From sequence record DRR378314_1470: a stretch of DNA of 46,270 nt. The stretch is one strand, 5' to 3'. The translations under genes and the position numbers were made by a program. The notes beneath the pieces were generated by a model, which saw only the letters and a program-made list of their open reading frames with translations, searched no databases and was not told the DNA's origin. This document shows, piece by piece, positions 19,756-29,608 of the stretch; position 1 is the first letter of the stretch, and every line of letters starts with the position of its first letter.

Positions 19756-21066
19756 ATGAAGCATAAAAGATCAGACTTTCCACAAGGGTTCCAGTTTGGT
19801 GTGGCAACGTCGTCCTACCAGATCGAAGGGCATGCGCAGGGCGGTGCTGGCGCAACTCATTGGGATAGTTTTTCGGCCACGCCCGGTAACGTCGCAAATG
19901 CCGAAAACGGAGATATCGCCTGTGACCACTACAACCGGTTCGAGGCCGATCTGGATCTGATCAAGGACGCAGGCTTCGACGCTTATCGATTTTCGACAAG
20001 CTGGGCGCGCGTACAACCCGAGGGCCGTGGGCCTGCCAATCCACAGGGGCTCGACTTTTATGACCGCCTGACCGACGCGCTGCTGGACCGCGGCATCAAG
20101 CCCTGCGCGACGTTGTATCATTGGGAACTGCCCTCACCGCTTGCTGATCTGGGCGGATGGCGGAACCGGGATATCGCGAATTGGTTCGCAGACTTCACCG
20201 AGATCATCATGGGTCGTATCGGCGATCGGATGTTTAGCGTAGCACCGATCAACGAACCGTGGTGTGTAAGCTGGCTCAGCCATTTTGAGGGGCATCACGC
20301 CCCCGGTCTGCGCGATATCCGCGCGACCGCTCGTGCGATGCATCATGTCCTGCTGGCCCATGGCCGGGCAATCGAGGTTATGCGCGGATTGGGCATGTCC
20401 AATCTGGGTGCGGTTTTTAATCTGGAATGGTCAGAGCCCGCAGATAACAGCCCCGAGGCGCAGTCTGCAGCTGCACTTTATGATGGAATTTATAACCGGT
20501 TCTTTCTGGGTGGTGTTTTTAACAAAGCTTACCCCCCGAATGTCTTGGAAGGGTTGGCCCCTCATTTACCGCGGGGCTGGCAGGACGATTTCGACATAAT
20601 CGGCGCACCCGTCGACTGGTGCGGGCTGAATTATTATACCCGCAAGCTAATCACGCGTGCTGACACCGCGTGGCCTGCTTTGAAAGAGGTGCCCGGCCCC
20701 CTGCCCAAAACGCAAATGGGGTGGGAAATTGATCCCGCTGCGCTTTCCCGGTTCCTGATACGCACCGCACGCGACCACACGGGCGACCTGCCCATCTATG
20801 TCACCGAAAACGGTATGGCGAGCCCCGAGCGCAGGCAAGATGAAGACCGGATTGACTATATTGATCGTCATCTGGCCGAGGTGCGCCGGGCGTTGGATCA
20901 TGGTGTTCCGGTCAATGGTTACTTTGTGTGGTCGCTGCTCGACAATTACGAGTGGGCGCTGGGCTACGAAAAACGCTTTGGGCTGGTCGATGTGGATTTC
21001 GACACCTTGGAGCGAAAGCCCAAAGCGTCATATTTCGCGCTGAAAAATGCGCTGTCTCGAAGCTAG
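19756..21066 (+). CDS. GH1 beta-glucosidase
   Basis: FGVATSSYQIEG, YRFSTSWAR, TLYHWELP, INEP (acid/base), VTENG (nucleophile), WSLLDNYEW..GYEKRFG. Confidence 0.93.
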   Translation: MKHKRSDFPQGFQFGVATSSYQIEGHAQGGAGATHWDSFSATPGNVANAENGDIACDHYNRFEADLDLIKDAGFDAYRFSTSWARVQPEGRGPANPQGLDFYDRLTDALLDRGIKPCATLYHWELPSPLADLGGWRNRDIANWFADFTEIIMGRIGDRMFSVAPINEPWCVSWLSHFEGHHAPGLRDIRATARAMHHVLLAHGRAIEVMRGLGMSNLGAVFNLEWSEPADNSPEAQSAAALYDGIYNRFFLGGVFNKAYPPNVLEGLAPHLPRGWQDDFDIIGAPVDWCGLNYYTRKLITRADTAWPALKEVPGPLPKTQMGWEIDPAALSRFLIRTARDHTGDLPIYVTENGMASPERRQDEDRIDYIDRHLAEVRRALDHGVPVNGYFVWSLLDNYEWALGYEKRFGLVDVDFDTLERKPKASYFALKNALSRS

Positions 21067-21072
21067 GACACG

Positions 21073-21612
21073 CTAGTCGCCCAAGGTCAATACAGGCGCA
21101 TCGCGGTATACCGTATAGCTGCGCTCACCGGCTGCTGAGATCAAGTTGACGTCAAGTTTCTGGGCACCAGAAAACACATCAAAATACGTGAAACGGATCG
21201 ATGTCACCAACTGGATTTCCTGGCATCGCATCATGTAATCCGCCTGGAATTCAGTATGCACCTCGGTTCGATTACCGGTCTGGTCGTCAACTTGCCCGAA
21301 GGCGTCACCGACAAGACCCACATTTGCAGTCGCTGTTTCACACTCGGCATCAGGCGACACCTCGAACAATTCCAATGGCTTGGACAGGTCCGACATCGCG
21401 GCGGCAACCTCGGTACGCTCTTCCTTATTTTCGGCAGCGTGCTCAAAGCCGACGATATCAGCCCCGGGAACCGCGAGAATCACGGTGAACTCATTGCTTT
21501 CGAATGAAATAGCCACCCGTCCTACGCCATGAGTATGAGTTTCAATCTCTGTCAGTTTCTGCGCCATAGGAGTGGCAGGCAGAAGCGCCAAAAGGACAGC
21601 CACGCTTTTCAT
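21073..21612 (-). CDS. ZrgA/DUF2796-like exported zinc-binding protein
   Basis: Signal-like N-terminus, THTHG, PGADIVGFEH, HTEFQADY...C, F..F.GAQKL; start placed at ATG 21612. Confidence 0.7.
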   Translation of the reverse strand: MKSVAVLLALLPATPMAQKLTEIETHTHGVGRVAISFESNEFTVILAVPGADIVGFEHAAENKEERTEVAAAMSDLSKPLELFEVSPDAECETATANVGLVGDAFGQVDDQTGNRTEVHTEFQADYMMRCQEIQLVTSIRFTYFDVFSGAQKLDVNLISAAGERSYTVYRDAPVLTLGD

Positions 21613-21651
21613 TACAATCACCATTAACCAAAACAATCATATATTATTCTA

Positions 21652-21677
21652 GTGCAATTGCACCCGGGTGCAATTGC
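21652..21677. repeat. Nested perfect palindrome
   Basis: GCAATTGCACCCGGGTGCAATTGC (21654-21677) is a perfect 24-bp palindrome; GTGCAATTGCAC (21652-21663) is itself palindromic. Confidence 0.85.
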
Positions 21678-21732
21678 TACACGAGGGCTCCGAACCCGCT
21701 AGATATGGGGAGGTCGGGGCATACCTTAATAT

Positions 21733-21776
21733 CCGACAATAAAAGTCAGGTTGACTTTGTTGACTAAATCACTCAG
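21733..21776. promoter_or_regulatory. Two tandem Iron-Rhodo-box-like sites upstream of irpA
   Basis: CCGACAATAAAAGTCAG (21733-21749) and TTGACTAAATCACTCAG (21760-21776) resemble the recalled 17-bp consensus cTGACt-N5-agTCAg. Confidence 0.65.
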
Positions 21777-21841
21777 TTAATTTCGCATCTGCCCCGCTTC
21801 GCTGCGGGGTTCGAATCCCGTTCAGCAGGAAAGAGCTCCAA

Positions 21842-23110
21842 ATGACCAGATTATTCGCAGCGGCTAGTGCGCTGACCTTGTGTATCGCAAGTGCCGTTGT
21901 TGCAGACGCCCCGTCCAAGGCAGACGTTCTGAACACGTACTCCAATATCGCGGAAGCCAAATATGACGACAGCCTGATTGCTGCAAAAACACTGCAGGCT
22001 GCGGTCAACGCGCTGATCGCCGACCCGTCGGATGCAACCCTGAACGCTGCCCGTGCCGCGTGGGTTGCTGCGCGCGTGCCCTATCAGCAAACCGAGGTTT
22101 ATCGATTTGGCAACGCCATCGTCGACGACTGGGAAGGCAAGGTCAACGCGTGGCCTCTGGATGAGGGCCTGATCGATTACGTGGACGCCTCGTACGGTGG
22201 CCCCAGCGACGAGAACGAACTCGCTGTGCTGAACGTCATCGCAAACCCCAGCTTTGAGCTGTCGGGTAAGACCATCGACGCCGGTGAAATCACTCCGGCC
22301 CTGCTGTCGGGCACTCTGCACGAAGCTGACGGGATCGAGGCGAACGTCGCGACCGGCTATCACGCCATCGAATTCCTGCTATGGGGTCAGGACCTTAATG
22401 GCCACAATGCAGGCGCGGGCAACCGTCCCTATACCGACTATGTTCAAGGTGATGACTGCACTGGCGGTAATTGCGATCGTCGCGCCCAGTATCTCAGCGC
22501 CGCAACTGATCTGCTGGTCAGCGACCTGGAGTGGATGACCACCCAATGGGCCGAGGGTGGTGAAGCGCGTGCTGCTTTAGAAGTGGATGAGACTGCTGGT
22601 GTCAGCGCGATCCTGACCGGAATGGGTTCGCTGTCCTACGGTGAACAGGCCGGTGAACGTATGCGTCTTGGTCTGATGCTGAATGACCCCGAGGAAGAGC
22701 ATGATTGCTTTGCCGACAACACCCACAACAGCCATTACTATGATGGCCTGGGCATCCAGAACGTCTATCTGGGCAGTTATACCCGCATCGACGGGACCCC
22801 GATTTCAGGCGTATCGCTATCGGAACTGGTTGCTGCAACTGATCCAGCGCTGGACGCCGAAATGAAAGCCAAGCTGGCAAACACCATGCTTGCATTGGGT
22901 CGCATCAAATCAACCGCCGAAGCGGGCTTTGCCTATGACCAGATGCTGGAGCGCGGCAATGAGGGCGGCGAAGTACTGATCATGGGGGGCGTCAACGGCC
23001 TGGTCGATCAAACCAAGACCATCGAACGCATTGTGACGGTGCTGGACCTTGAACAGCTCGAATTCGAAGGCTCGGACAGCCTGGATAACCCCGACGCGGT
23101 GTTCCATTAG
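21842..23110 (+). CDS. irpA: Imelysin-family iron-regulated protein (IrpA-like)
   Basis: Signal peptide; ARVPYQQTEVYRF, VNAWPLDEGLIDYV, TGYHAIEFLLWGQD (GxHxxE), EEEHDCFADNTH. Confidence 0.88.
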   Translation: MTRLFAAASALTLCIASAVVADAPSKADVLNTYSNIAEAKYDDSLIAAKTLQAAVNALIADPSDATLNAARAAWVAARVPYQQTEVYRFGNAIVDDWEGKVNAWPLDEGLIDYVDASYGGPSDENELAVLNVIANPSFELSGKTIDAGEITPALLSGTLHEADGIEANVATGYHAIEFLLWGQDLNGHNAGAGNRPYTDYVQGDDCTGGNCDRRAQYLSAATDLLVSDLEWMTTQWAEGGEARAALEVDETAGVSAILTGMGSLSYGEQAGERMRLGLMLNDPEEEHDCFADNTHNSHYYDGLGIQNVYLGSYTRIDGTPISGVSLSELVAATDPALDAEMKAKLANTMLALGRIKSTAEAGFAYDQMLERGNEGGEVLIMGGVNGLVDQTKTIERIVTVLDLEQLEFEGSDSLDNPDAVFH

Positions 23111-23142
23111 ACTTATCGGTTGGGCCCACTCACCCGACCACT

Positions 23143-23171
23143 CCGGAAGCGCGATTCCATTGCGCTTCCGG
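23143..23171 (+). terminator. Hairpin downstream of irpA
   Basis: CCGGAAGCGCGA-TTCCA-TTGCGCTTCCGG. Confidence 0.5.
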
Positions 23172-23222
23172 CCCATCCAGTCACGAAGAATTGCGTCTTG
23201 TCGCTGGACGTTAATCGAATAA

Positions 23223-23239
23223 CCTACTATTTAAATCAG
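23223..23239. promoter_or_regulatory. Degenerate Iron-Rhodo-box-like site upstream of bfd
   Basis: CCTACTATTTAAATCAG, same 17-bp geometry as the irpA sites. Confidence 0.4.
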
Positions 23240-23264
23240 AAATACCTGAGCAGGCGGAGTCGCC

Positions 23265-23558
23265 ATGATCATATGCCACTGCACGCACATCTCTGACCAT
23301 GACATCCGGGCCGCTATCGACTGGATGCGAACGGCCGACCCACAGACCGTCATTACTCCCGGCAAGATTTATCATGCCCTTGGAAAATCAGCGGATTGTG
23401 GCGGATGCATGCCGCTTTTCCTAGACACAATGCGATCCAGCGATAATCTGGAAGTCCCCATGCAGCTTCGAACATTACGGTCCGAAGCATCACAGGAGAG
23501 AGCACATGAAGGGCGATCCCAAAGTCATCGAATACCTAAACAATTCTCTGCGGCATGA
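23265..23558 (+). CDS. bfd: Bacterioferritin-associated [2Fe-2S] ferredoxin
   Basis: MIICHC...CGGC cysteine pattern; directly upstream of bfr and overlapping it by 53 nt. Confidence 0.85.
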   Translation: MIICHCTHISDHDIRAAIDWMRTADPQTVITPGKIYHALGKSADCGGCMPLFLDTMRSSDNLEVPMQLRTLRSEASQERAHEGRSQSHRIPKQFSAA

Positions 23559-23991
23559 ACTGACGGCAGTCAGCCAGTACTGGCTGCATTACCGTCTGCA
23601 GGAGGATTGGGGGCTTGGCCACATGGCCAAGAAAAGCCGCGAGGAATCCATCGAAGAGATGGGGCATGCGGACAAGCTAATAGAACGCATTATCTTTCTT
23701 GAAGGTCACCCCAACCTGCAAAAACTTGATCCCCTGCGGATCGGCCAGACACCGAAGGAAACCCTTGAATGCGATCTGGCCGCTGAAATTGATGCAAGAG
23801 CACTTTACAAGGAAGCGCGCGAATACTGCCGGGAAGCCGGTGATTATGTGTCGATGGCTCTGTTCGAGCAGTTGATGTCCGATGAAGAGGGACATATCGA
23901 CTTTCTCGAAACGCAGCTCGACCTCTATGAAAGGATCGGCGAAGCCAATTATGCGCAACTCAACGCATCAAAAATGGATGAGGGCGAGTAG
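23506..23991 (+). CDS. bfr: Bacterioferritin
   Basis: [53 protein letters not shown]. Confidence 0.96.
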   Translation: MKGDPKVIEYLNNSLRHELTAVSQYWLHYRLQEDWGLGHMAKKSREESIEEMGHADKLIERIIFLEGHPNLQKLDPLRIGQTPKETLECDLAAEIDARALYKEAREYCREAGDYVSMALFEQLMSDEEGHIDFLETQLDLYERIGEANYAQLNASKMDEGE

Positions 23992-25498
23992 ACTTGCCCT
24001 AGCATCGGTGGCCGCGCTGTCGGCCACCCCTTCCCTGGCGACCGAGCTGCGGGACTTACACCTAAATATCCTGCCCAGAACGACTGATGAGCGCGCGCGG
24101 ATCGAAACAGTTACCGCCGCACCCAATGATTTCAGTGCACCGCAAAAGTTCGAAGAATTGCCCGCAGGTGCCGCGACCGTTCGGGTTCGCACCGACGCGG
24201 ACGCGTTTTCCCAGCCGTCTGCCAATATCAGTTTCGAACAGGAATTGGATTTCAAAGTCGGCAACGGGTTGTTCAAAAAGATCTGGGTTTCGTCGCCATC
24301 TTCCACTTTGGCCTCCGACGGGTTGGGCCCGCTTTACAACGCCCGTTCGTGCCAGCGCTGCCACATAAAGGACGGGCGCGGTCATACACCCAACGGGCCG
24401 GATGACAATTCGGTTTCAATGTTTCTGAGGATTTCGATTCCAGGCAACCCCGAAGATGCTCCTGCAGGGATTGAGGATTACATCGCCACCCTGCCCGACC
24501 CGAATTACGGCAGGCAGATGCAGGATTTTGCATTGGCGGGCCACCCCGCCGAATACCAGCTTGATATCACCTACGAAGAGATTCCGGTTGAACTGTCCGA
24601 TGGCGAAATGGCCTCGCTCCGCCGTCCTGCGTACAAAGCTGCCAATCTCGGCTACGGACCACTGCATCCCGACGCGATGCTAAGCCCTCGTGTCGCCCCG
24701 CAAATGATTGGGTTGGGGTTGCTTGAATCCATTCCGGTTGAAGATCTGTTAGCAAATGCCGATCCCGGAGATGAAGATGGCGATGGTATATCGGGGCGTC
24801 CCAACGTTGTGTGGTCGGCCGAATTCGGTGAACCCATGATGGGCCGATTTGGTCACAAGGCCGGAATCCCCACTGTGATGGAACAATCGTCCGCCGCATT
24901 CGCAGGTGATATCGGCATCTCAAGCCCGCTTTATCCCGCCCCATACGGTGATTGCACCGAGGCGCAGGTCAACTGCATCGACGCTCCGCACGGAGATAAC
25001 GATGTGCGCGGTTTCGAGATTGACGAAGTTGGCATGGACCTTGTGGCCTTTTACAGCCGCAATCTGGGTGTCCCTGCCCGCCGAGATACCGGTGATCCAA
25101 TGGTGCTGCGTGGCAAAGAAGTGTTCCACACCTCCGGCTGTGCATCCTGCCACACTCCTGCTTATGTCACCCACAGGATGCCGGATCGACCCGAACACAG
25201 TTTTCAATTGATCTGGCCCTATACCGACCTGCTGTTGCACGACATGGGTAATGGTCTGGCCGACAACCGCCCAGAAGCGCGTGCTACGGGCCGTGAATGG
25301 CGCACACCACCCCTGTGGGGTATTGGCCTGACAGAACGGGTCTCTGGTCACACACAGTTTCTGCACGATGGGCGCGCCCGATCCCTGCTTGAGGCCATCT
25401 TGTGGCACGGAGGTGAAGCACAGGCTGCCCGAGACAAAGTAGTCTCAATGCCCAAATCCGATCGCGACGCCCTGATCCAATTTCTAGAGAGCCTCTGA
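23978..25498 (+). CDS. Di-heme oxidoreductase-like protein (DUF1111)
   Basis: Two CxxCH motifs (CQRCH, CASCH); [44 protein letters not shown]; signal-like [10 protein letters not shown] from ATG 23978. Confidence 0.88.
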   Translation: MRASRLALASVAALSATPSLATELRDLHLNILPRTTDERARIETVTAAPNDFSAPQKFEELPAGAATVRVRTDADAFSQPSANISFEQELDFKVGNGLFKKIWVSSPSSTLASDGLGPLYNARSCQRCHIKDGRGHTPNGPDDNSVSMFLRISIPGNPEDAPAGIEDYIATLPDPNYGRQMQDFALAGHPAEYQLDITYEEIPVELSDGEMASLRRPAYKAANLGYGPLHPDAMLSPRVAPQMIGLGLLESIPVEDLLANADPGDEDGDGISGRPNVVWSAEFGEPMMGRFGHKAGIPTVMEQSSAAFAGDIGISSPLYPAPYGDCTEAQVNCIDAPHGDNDVRGFEIDEVGMDLVAFYSRNLGVPARRDTGDPMVLRGKEVFHTSGCASCHTPAYVTHRMPDRPEHSFQLIWPYTDLLLHDMGNGLADNRPEARATGREWRTPPLWGIGLTERVSGHTQFLHDGRARSLLEAILWHGGEAQAARDKVVSMPKSDRDALIQFLESL

Positions 25499-25500
25499 CC

Positions 25501-26511
25501 ATGCGTATCCTTGCATATCTCACTGCCCTGCTGGTGCCTTTGGGTGCCTATGCACAGGACCCCGCTCCGATCCTGATGGATGTAACCGAAACACACATAC
25601 TGCCGCGCTTTGCAAAATTAGCAAATGCAACCGAAACCTTGGAAACCACTGCACAAACTGATTGTGATCCGACATCAGATGACCTGCGCGCAGCCTACGG
25701 AGCAGCCTTCGATAGCTGGATTTTGGCCAGCCATTTACGTTTTGGTCCGACCGAGACAAACGACCGAGCCTTTGCCATGGCCTTTTGGCCAGATACCAAA
25801 GGCTTCACACCCAAAGCATTATCTCGACACATTGAATCTGAAGACGCCGCGGTAGACACCCCTGAAGCCTACGCCGAGACCTCGATTGCCGGGCGTGGCT
25901 TCATGGCTCTGGAACGGATGCTTTACGATCAGGCCTTTGCCGAGCAGGGGCGCGCCGCCTATCGCTGCGCGCTGATCCGCGCCATTGCCACCGATATCGA
26001 CCAAAATGCCAAAGCAATGAACACTGACTGGCAAACCTACGCACCAAACCTGACACAGCCTGGTGGCGACAGCCCCTATCGCACGGGTGATGAAGCGATG
26101 CAGGAGTTGTTCAGGGCACTGACAACAGGCCTCGAATTCACCGCCGATACGCGGCTAGGGCGTCCAATGGGTACGTTTGAGCGCCCTCGTCCGAACCGTG
26201 CCGAAGCACGCCGGTCTGCGCGATCATTGCGCCATGTAGAGCTTTCGCTGATTGCGCTGCGTGATCTGGCCGCCCGGCTGTCGTTTGATCACCCCGAAAT
26301 TGCTGCCGATTTGGATGCCGCTTTTGCGCAGGCCATCGACCGTGCGCAGTCACTGGACGATCCCGCCTTTGCCGGTGTTGGCACAGCACAAGGCCGCATC
26401 CGGGTCGAAGCGCTGCAACAGTCGGTCAATGACATTCGCCAGATCGCCTCAGCCGAGCTTGGACCGACGCTTGGCATCAGCGCCGGGTTCAATTCTCTTG
26501 ATGGGGATTGA
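25501..26511 (+). CDS. Second imelysin-like periplasmic protein
   Basis: Signal peptide; LRFGP, FWPD.KG, RGFMALE, RLGRPMG, C-terminal GFNSLDGD. Confidence 0.83.
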   Translation: MRILAYLTALLVPLGAYAQDPAPILMDVTETHILPRFAKLANATETLETTAQTDCDPTSDDLRAAYGAAFDSWILASHLRFGPTETNDRAFAMAFWPDTKGFTPKALSRHIESEDAAVDTPEAYAETSIAGRGFMALERMLYDQAFAEQGRAAYRCALIRAIATDIDQNAKAMNTDWQTYAPNLTQPGGDSPYRTGDEAMQELFRALTTGLEFTADTRLGRPMGTFERPRPNRAEARRSARSLRHVELSLIALRDLAARLSFDHPEIAADLDAAFAQAIDRAQSLDDPAFAGVGTAQGRIRVEALQQSVNDIRQIASAELGPTLGISAGFNSLDGD

Positions 26512-26514
26512 TCC

Positions 26515-27603
26515 GTGACGAACCGCCGAGGGTTCATTGCAGGGCTCGCCGCCGCCGCTAGCCTTGCCCCCGTGCCAGCCTGGGCGTCTGTCGGCGCACC
26601 AAGCTTTCTTGCGGCCGCGCTGTTCCCTGATGGCAGCTATCGGCTTTCCGGGCTCGATCAGGCAGGGGTTATCTTGTTCTCGATTCCGTCGCCCGCCCGG
26701 GGTCACGCGGCTGCGGCGCATCCGTTCAAGGCACAAGCCGTCGCCTTCGCCCGCCGTCCCGGCACGTTTGCAATTGTAATCGACTGTCAAAGCGGGACCA
26801 TCATCCGGCCTTTAGAGGCCCCGAAAGGCCGCCACTTTTACGGTCACGGCACTTTTTCGGCCGACGGCACCCGGTTCTTTACAACAGAAAACGATTATGA
26901 AGCCGCGGAAGGCGTGATCGGGGTTTGGGACGCGGTCAGCTTCAAACGGCTTGGAGAGTTTTCTTCAGGTGGCACCGGCCCACATGACATGCAATTGCTG
27001 CCCGATGGCAACACACTGGTGATTGCCAATGGCGGTATCGAGACCCACCCAGACACCGGCCGAACCAAACTAAACCTGCCTACGATGCAGCCTAACCTGT
27101 CTTACATCGACCTTTCGGGATCGATCCGGGCACAGGTGGAATTGCCGCCTGCGTTGCGCAAAAACTCGATCCGCCATCTCGCAGTGCGCGGCGACGGCCT
27201 TGTGGGCTTTGCAATGCAATGGCAAGGCGGCCTGACCGAATATCCCCCACTGCTGGGCTTACACGCACTGGGCAAAGACCCGCTTTTGTTATCGGCGCCA
27301 GAAGCGGATCAAAGCACATTGCAAGGTTACGCAGGCAGCATTGCCTTTTCTGCTGATGGCCAATCAATTGCAATCACATGCCCACGTGGCGACGCATTGC
27401 ATCGGTTCGACGTCTCAAGCGGCGCATTCGCTGAGGCGTTTGCGCTCAAAGATGTATGCGGACTAGGTAGTGGCAGTAAAGGCTTGGTATTCACCACTGG
27501 GACTGGAGCATTTGGCGCCCTGGACCCTGCAGGCGCTGAAATCTCTGCCCGATCGGATTGCCAGTGGGACAACCATCTGATCCCGATCCGTTCCTTTGGA
27601 TAA
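26515..27603 (+). CDS. DUF1513 protein with Tat signal
   Basis: NRRGFIAG twin-arginine; RGH, FARRPG, HFYGHG, TTENDY, GPH, ANGGIETHP, SIRHL, WDNH. Confidence 0.88.
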   Translation: MTNRRGFIAGLAAAASLAPVPAWASVGAPSFLAAALFPDGSYRLSGLDQAGVILFSIPSPARGHAAAAHPFKAQAVAFARRPGTFAIVIDCQSGTIIRPLEAPKGRHFYGHGTFSADGTRFFTTENDYEAAEGVIGVWDAVSFKRLGEFSSGGTGPHDMQLLPDGNTLVIANGGIETHPDTGRTKLNLPTMQPNLSYIDLSGSIRAQVELPPALRKNSIRHLAVRGDGLVGFAMQWQGGLTEYPPLLGLHALGKDPLLLSAPEADQSTLQGYAGSIAFSADGQSIAITCPRGDALHRFDVSSGAFAEAFALKDVCGLGSGSKGLVFTTGTGAFGALDPAGAEISARSDCQWDNHLIPIRSFG

Positions 27604-27704
27604 TTCTCAGCAGCAACCTGTTTCATAGATTACACTTGGACGAATCAAACCGCTGCCGTATTGGCGGGCGCGAAACTGGCATCCAAAGCTAAGGACTGAT
27701 TTGA

Positions 27705-29594
27705 TTGAAACAGACGCCCGACGCACCGCATTCCATCTACGGGGTTGAGAAATGGGGCAAAGGCCTCATCGAGGTGACAGAGCAGGGCGAGATCGGTCTG
27801 CGCAACCCAATCGTGCCCGAAGCCCATGCAATCAGCCTGCCGGGTATTCTAAGCGATCTGGATGATCGGGGCATCAAGGCCCCGATGGTATTGCGCGTGA
27901 CCTCGTATCTGGAACACGAGATTACGCATCTGAACGAAAGCTTCCGCCAAGCCATCGACCGTGTGGGGTACAACGGCAAATATCGCGGCGTGTTCCCGAT
28001 CAAGGTAAACCAACAGGCGCAGGTGATCGACCGGATCGTCGAGTTTGGGAAGCAGTACAACTACGGCCTTGAAGCAGGATCAAAGCCCGAACTGGTAATC
28101 GCTCTGGCGCACCGTCTGGCCTCGGAAGCCCTGATTGTCTGTAACGGTGTTAAGGATGCCGAATTCATCCGGCTGGCCATCCTAAGCCGCAAGATTGGGT
28201 TCAACACGGTCATCGTTCTGGAAAGCCCGAAAGAGGCCGACACGGTGATCGAGGTCTATAACGAACTGAATATCGAACCCCTGATCGGCGTGCGGGTGAA
28301 ACTGACCAACCAGATCAGCGGTAAGTGGGAAGAAAGTTCAGGCGATCGCTCGGCTTTTGGCATGAACACCGACCAGCTTGTGGCCACAGTGGACAAGCTG
28401 AAAGCGGCAGGCCTGCTACATTGCCTGAAGCTGCAGCATTCGCATCTGGGTTCTCAGGTGCAGGATGTGAACGACGTTCGCCGCGCCGTGGGCGAGGCGT
28501 GCCGCTATTACACCGAACTGACCCGCGAGGGTGTGCCTCTAACCCATCTGGATCTGGGCGGCGGTATGGGCGTGGACTATACCGGTGAAAAGAAAGCGGC
28601 TGAGAATTCAATAAACTACACGGTCGAGGAATACTGCGCCAACGTGGTCGAAACTGTGGCCTATGCCATGGACGAGGCTGAAATCGCCCACCCGACGCTG
28701 GTCACCGAAAGTGGCAGGGCTGTGGTGGCAACCTCTTCGATGTTGGTATTCAACGTGCTGGAAACTACGCTCTACGACGCACCCAACGGACCTGAGGTTG
28801 AACCGGACGATCATCACATGGTCGCTGACCTCGCCGCCGTTCACAGCTATCTCAGCAAAGACCGCCTGCAGGAATGCTGGAACGACGCTGGCTTCTATCG
28901 CAACGAATTGCGCGCCCTATTCCGCCGCGGTTATGTTGACCTGCGCCAAATGGCGCGCGCCGAACGCATCTATCTGTCATTGATGGCCCGGCTCAAGGCG
29001 CTGGCCGCCAGTGATGATCTGGAAACAGATGTGGATGATCAGCTAGAGAAAGTCGCTGATATCTATCATTGCAACTTCTCTCTGTTCCAATCCCTTCCCG
29101 ATGTCTGGGCCATTGATCAATTGCACCCCATCGTGCCGCTGCAGGGTCTGAACGAAACACCCGACCGTCGCGCAGTCCTGTCTGACATCACCTGCGACAG
29201 CGATGGCAAGATCGATCGGTTCATTCTGGCCGATGGCGTCTCACCCAGTCTGCCCGTGCATTCCTTGCCCGAGGATCAGGAGTACTTGATGGGCGTCTTC
29301 TTCGTCGGGGCCTATCAGGAAACGCTGGGTGATCTGCACAACCTGTTCGGCGACACCAACGTCGTCACCATCGATCTGCGCCCTGATGGTGGCTTCGACC
29401 TGTTGCACGAGCAGGAAGGCGACACGATCAGTCAGGTTCTGTCTTACGTGGAATTCGACCCCAACGACTGCGTCGCCGCCTTCCGTAAAATGGTGGACGA
29501 GGCGATCTCGACCGGTACTCTGAAAGCCAAGGACCGCAAAACCCTGATGAGCGCCTATCGCGACTCAATCAACGGCTACACCTATTACGAATAA
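27705..29594 (+). CDS. speA: Biosynthetic arginine decarboxylase
   Basis: YGVEKWG, FPIKVNQ (PLP lysine), GLEAGSKPEL, CNGVKD, HLGSQ, DLGGG, TESGRA, NFSLFQSLPD.WAIDQ, DITCDSDG, GAYQE.LGDLHNLFG; TTG start after AAGGA. Confidence 0.93.
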   Translation: MKQTPDAPHSIYGVEKWGKGLIEVTEQGEIGLRNPIVPEAHAISLPGILSDLDDRGIKAPMVLRVTSYLEHEITHLNESFRQAIDRVGYNGKYRGVFPIKVNQQAQVIDRIVEFGKQYNYGLEAGSKPELVIALAHRLASEALIVCNGVKDAEFIRLAILSRKIGFNTVIVLESPKEADTVIEVYNELNIEPLIGVRVKLTNQISGKWEESSGDRSAFGMNTDQLVATVDKLKAAGLLHCLKLQHSHLGSQVQDVNDVRRAVGEACRYYTELTREGVPLTHLDLGGGMGVDYTGEKKAAENSINYTVEEYCANVVETVAYAMDEAEIAHPTLVTESGRAVVATSSMLVFNVLETTLYDAPNGPEVEPDDHHMVADLAAVHSYLSKDRLQECWNDAGFYRNELRALFRRGYVDLRQMARAERIYLSLMARLKALAASDDLETDVDDQLEKVADIYHCNFSLFQSLPDVWAIDQLHPIVPLQGLNETPDRRAVLSDITCDSDGKIDRFILADGVSPSLPVHSLPEDQEYLMGVFFVGAYQETLGDLHNLFGDTNVVTIDLRPDGGFDLLHEQEGDTISQVLSYVEFDPNDCVAAFRKMVDEAISTGTLKAKDRKTLMSAYRDSINGYTYYE

Positions 29595-29608
29595 AAGGAG
29601 ACGACCCC

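Noticed and set aside
21684-21699. AGGGCTCCGAACCCGC resembling the tRNA-Trp T-arm (possible att site)
   Set aside because: The match is short and gapped, lacks the acceptor-stem/CCA portion, and no integrase is present
21805-21820. GGTTCGAATCCC as part of a tRNA gene
   Set aside because: No D-arm, anticodon arm or acceptor stem can be folded around it
23506-23558. bfd/bfr 53-nt overlap as a frameshift or pseudogene
   Set aside because: Both proteins have complete motifs and bfr has its own AGGAG SD
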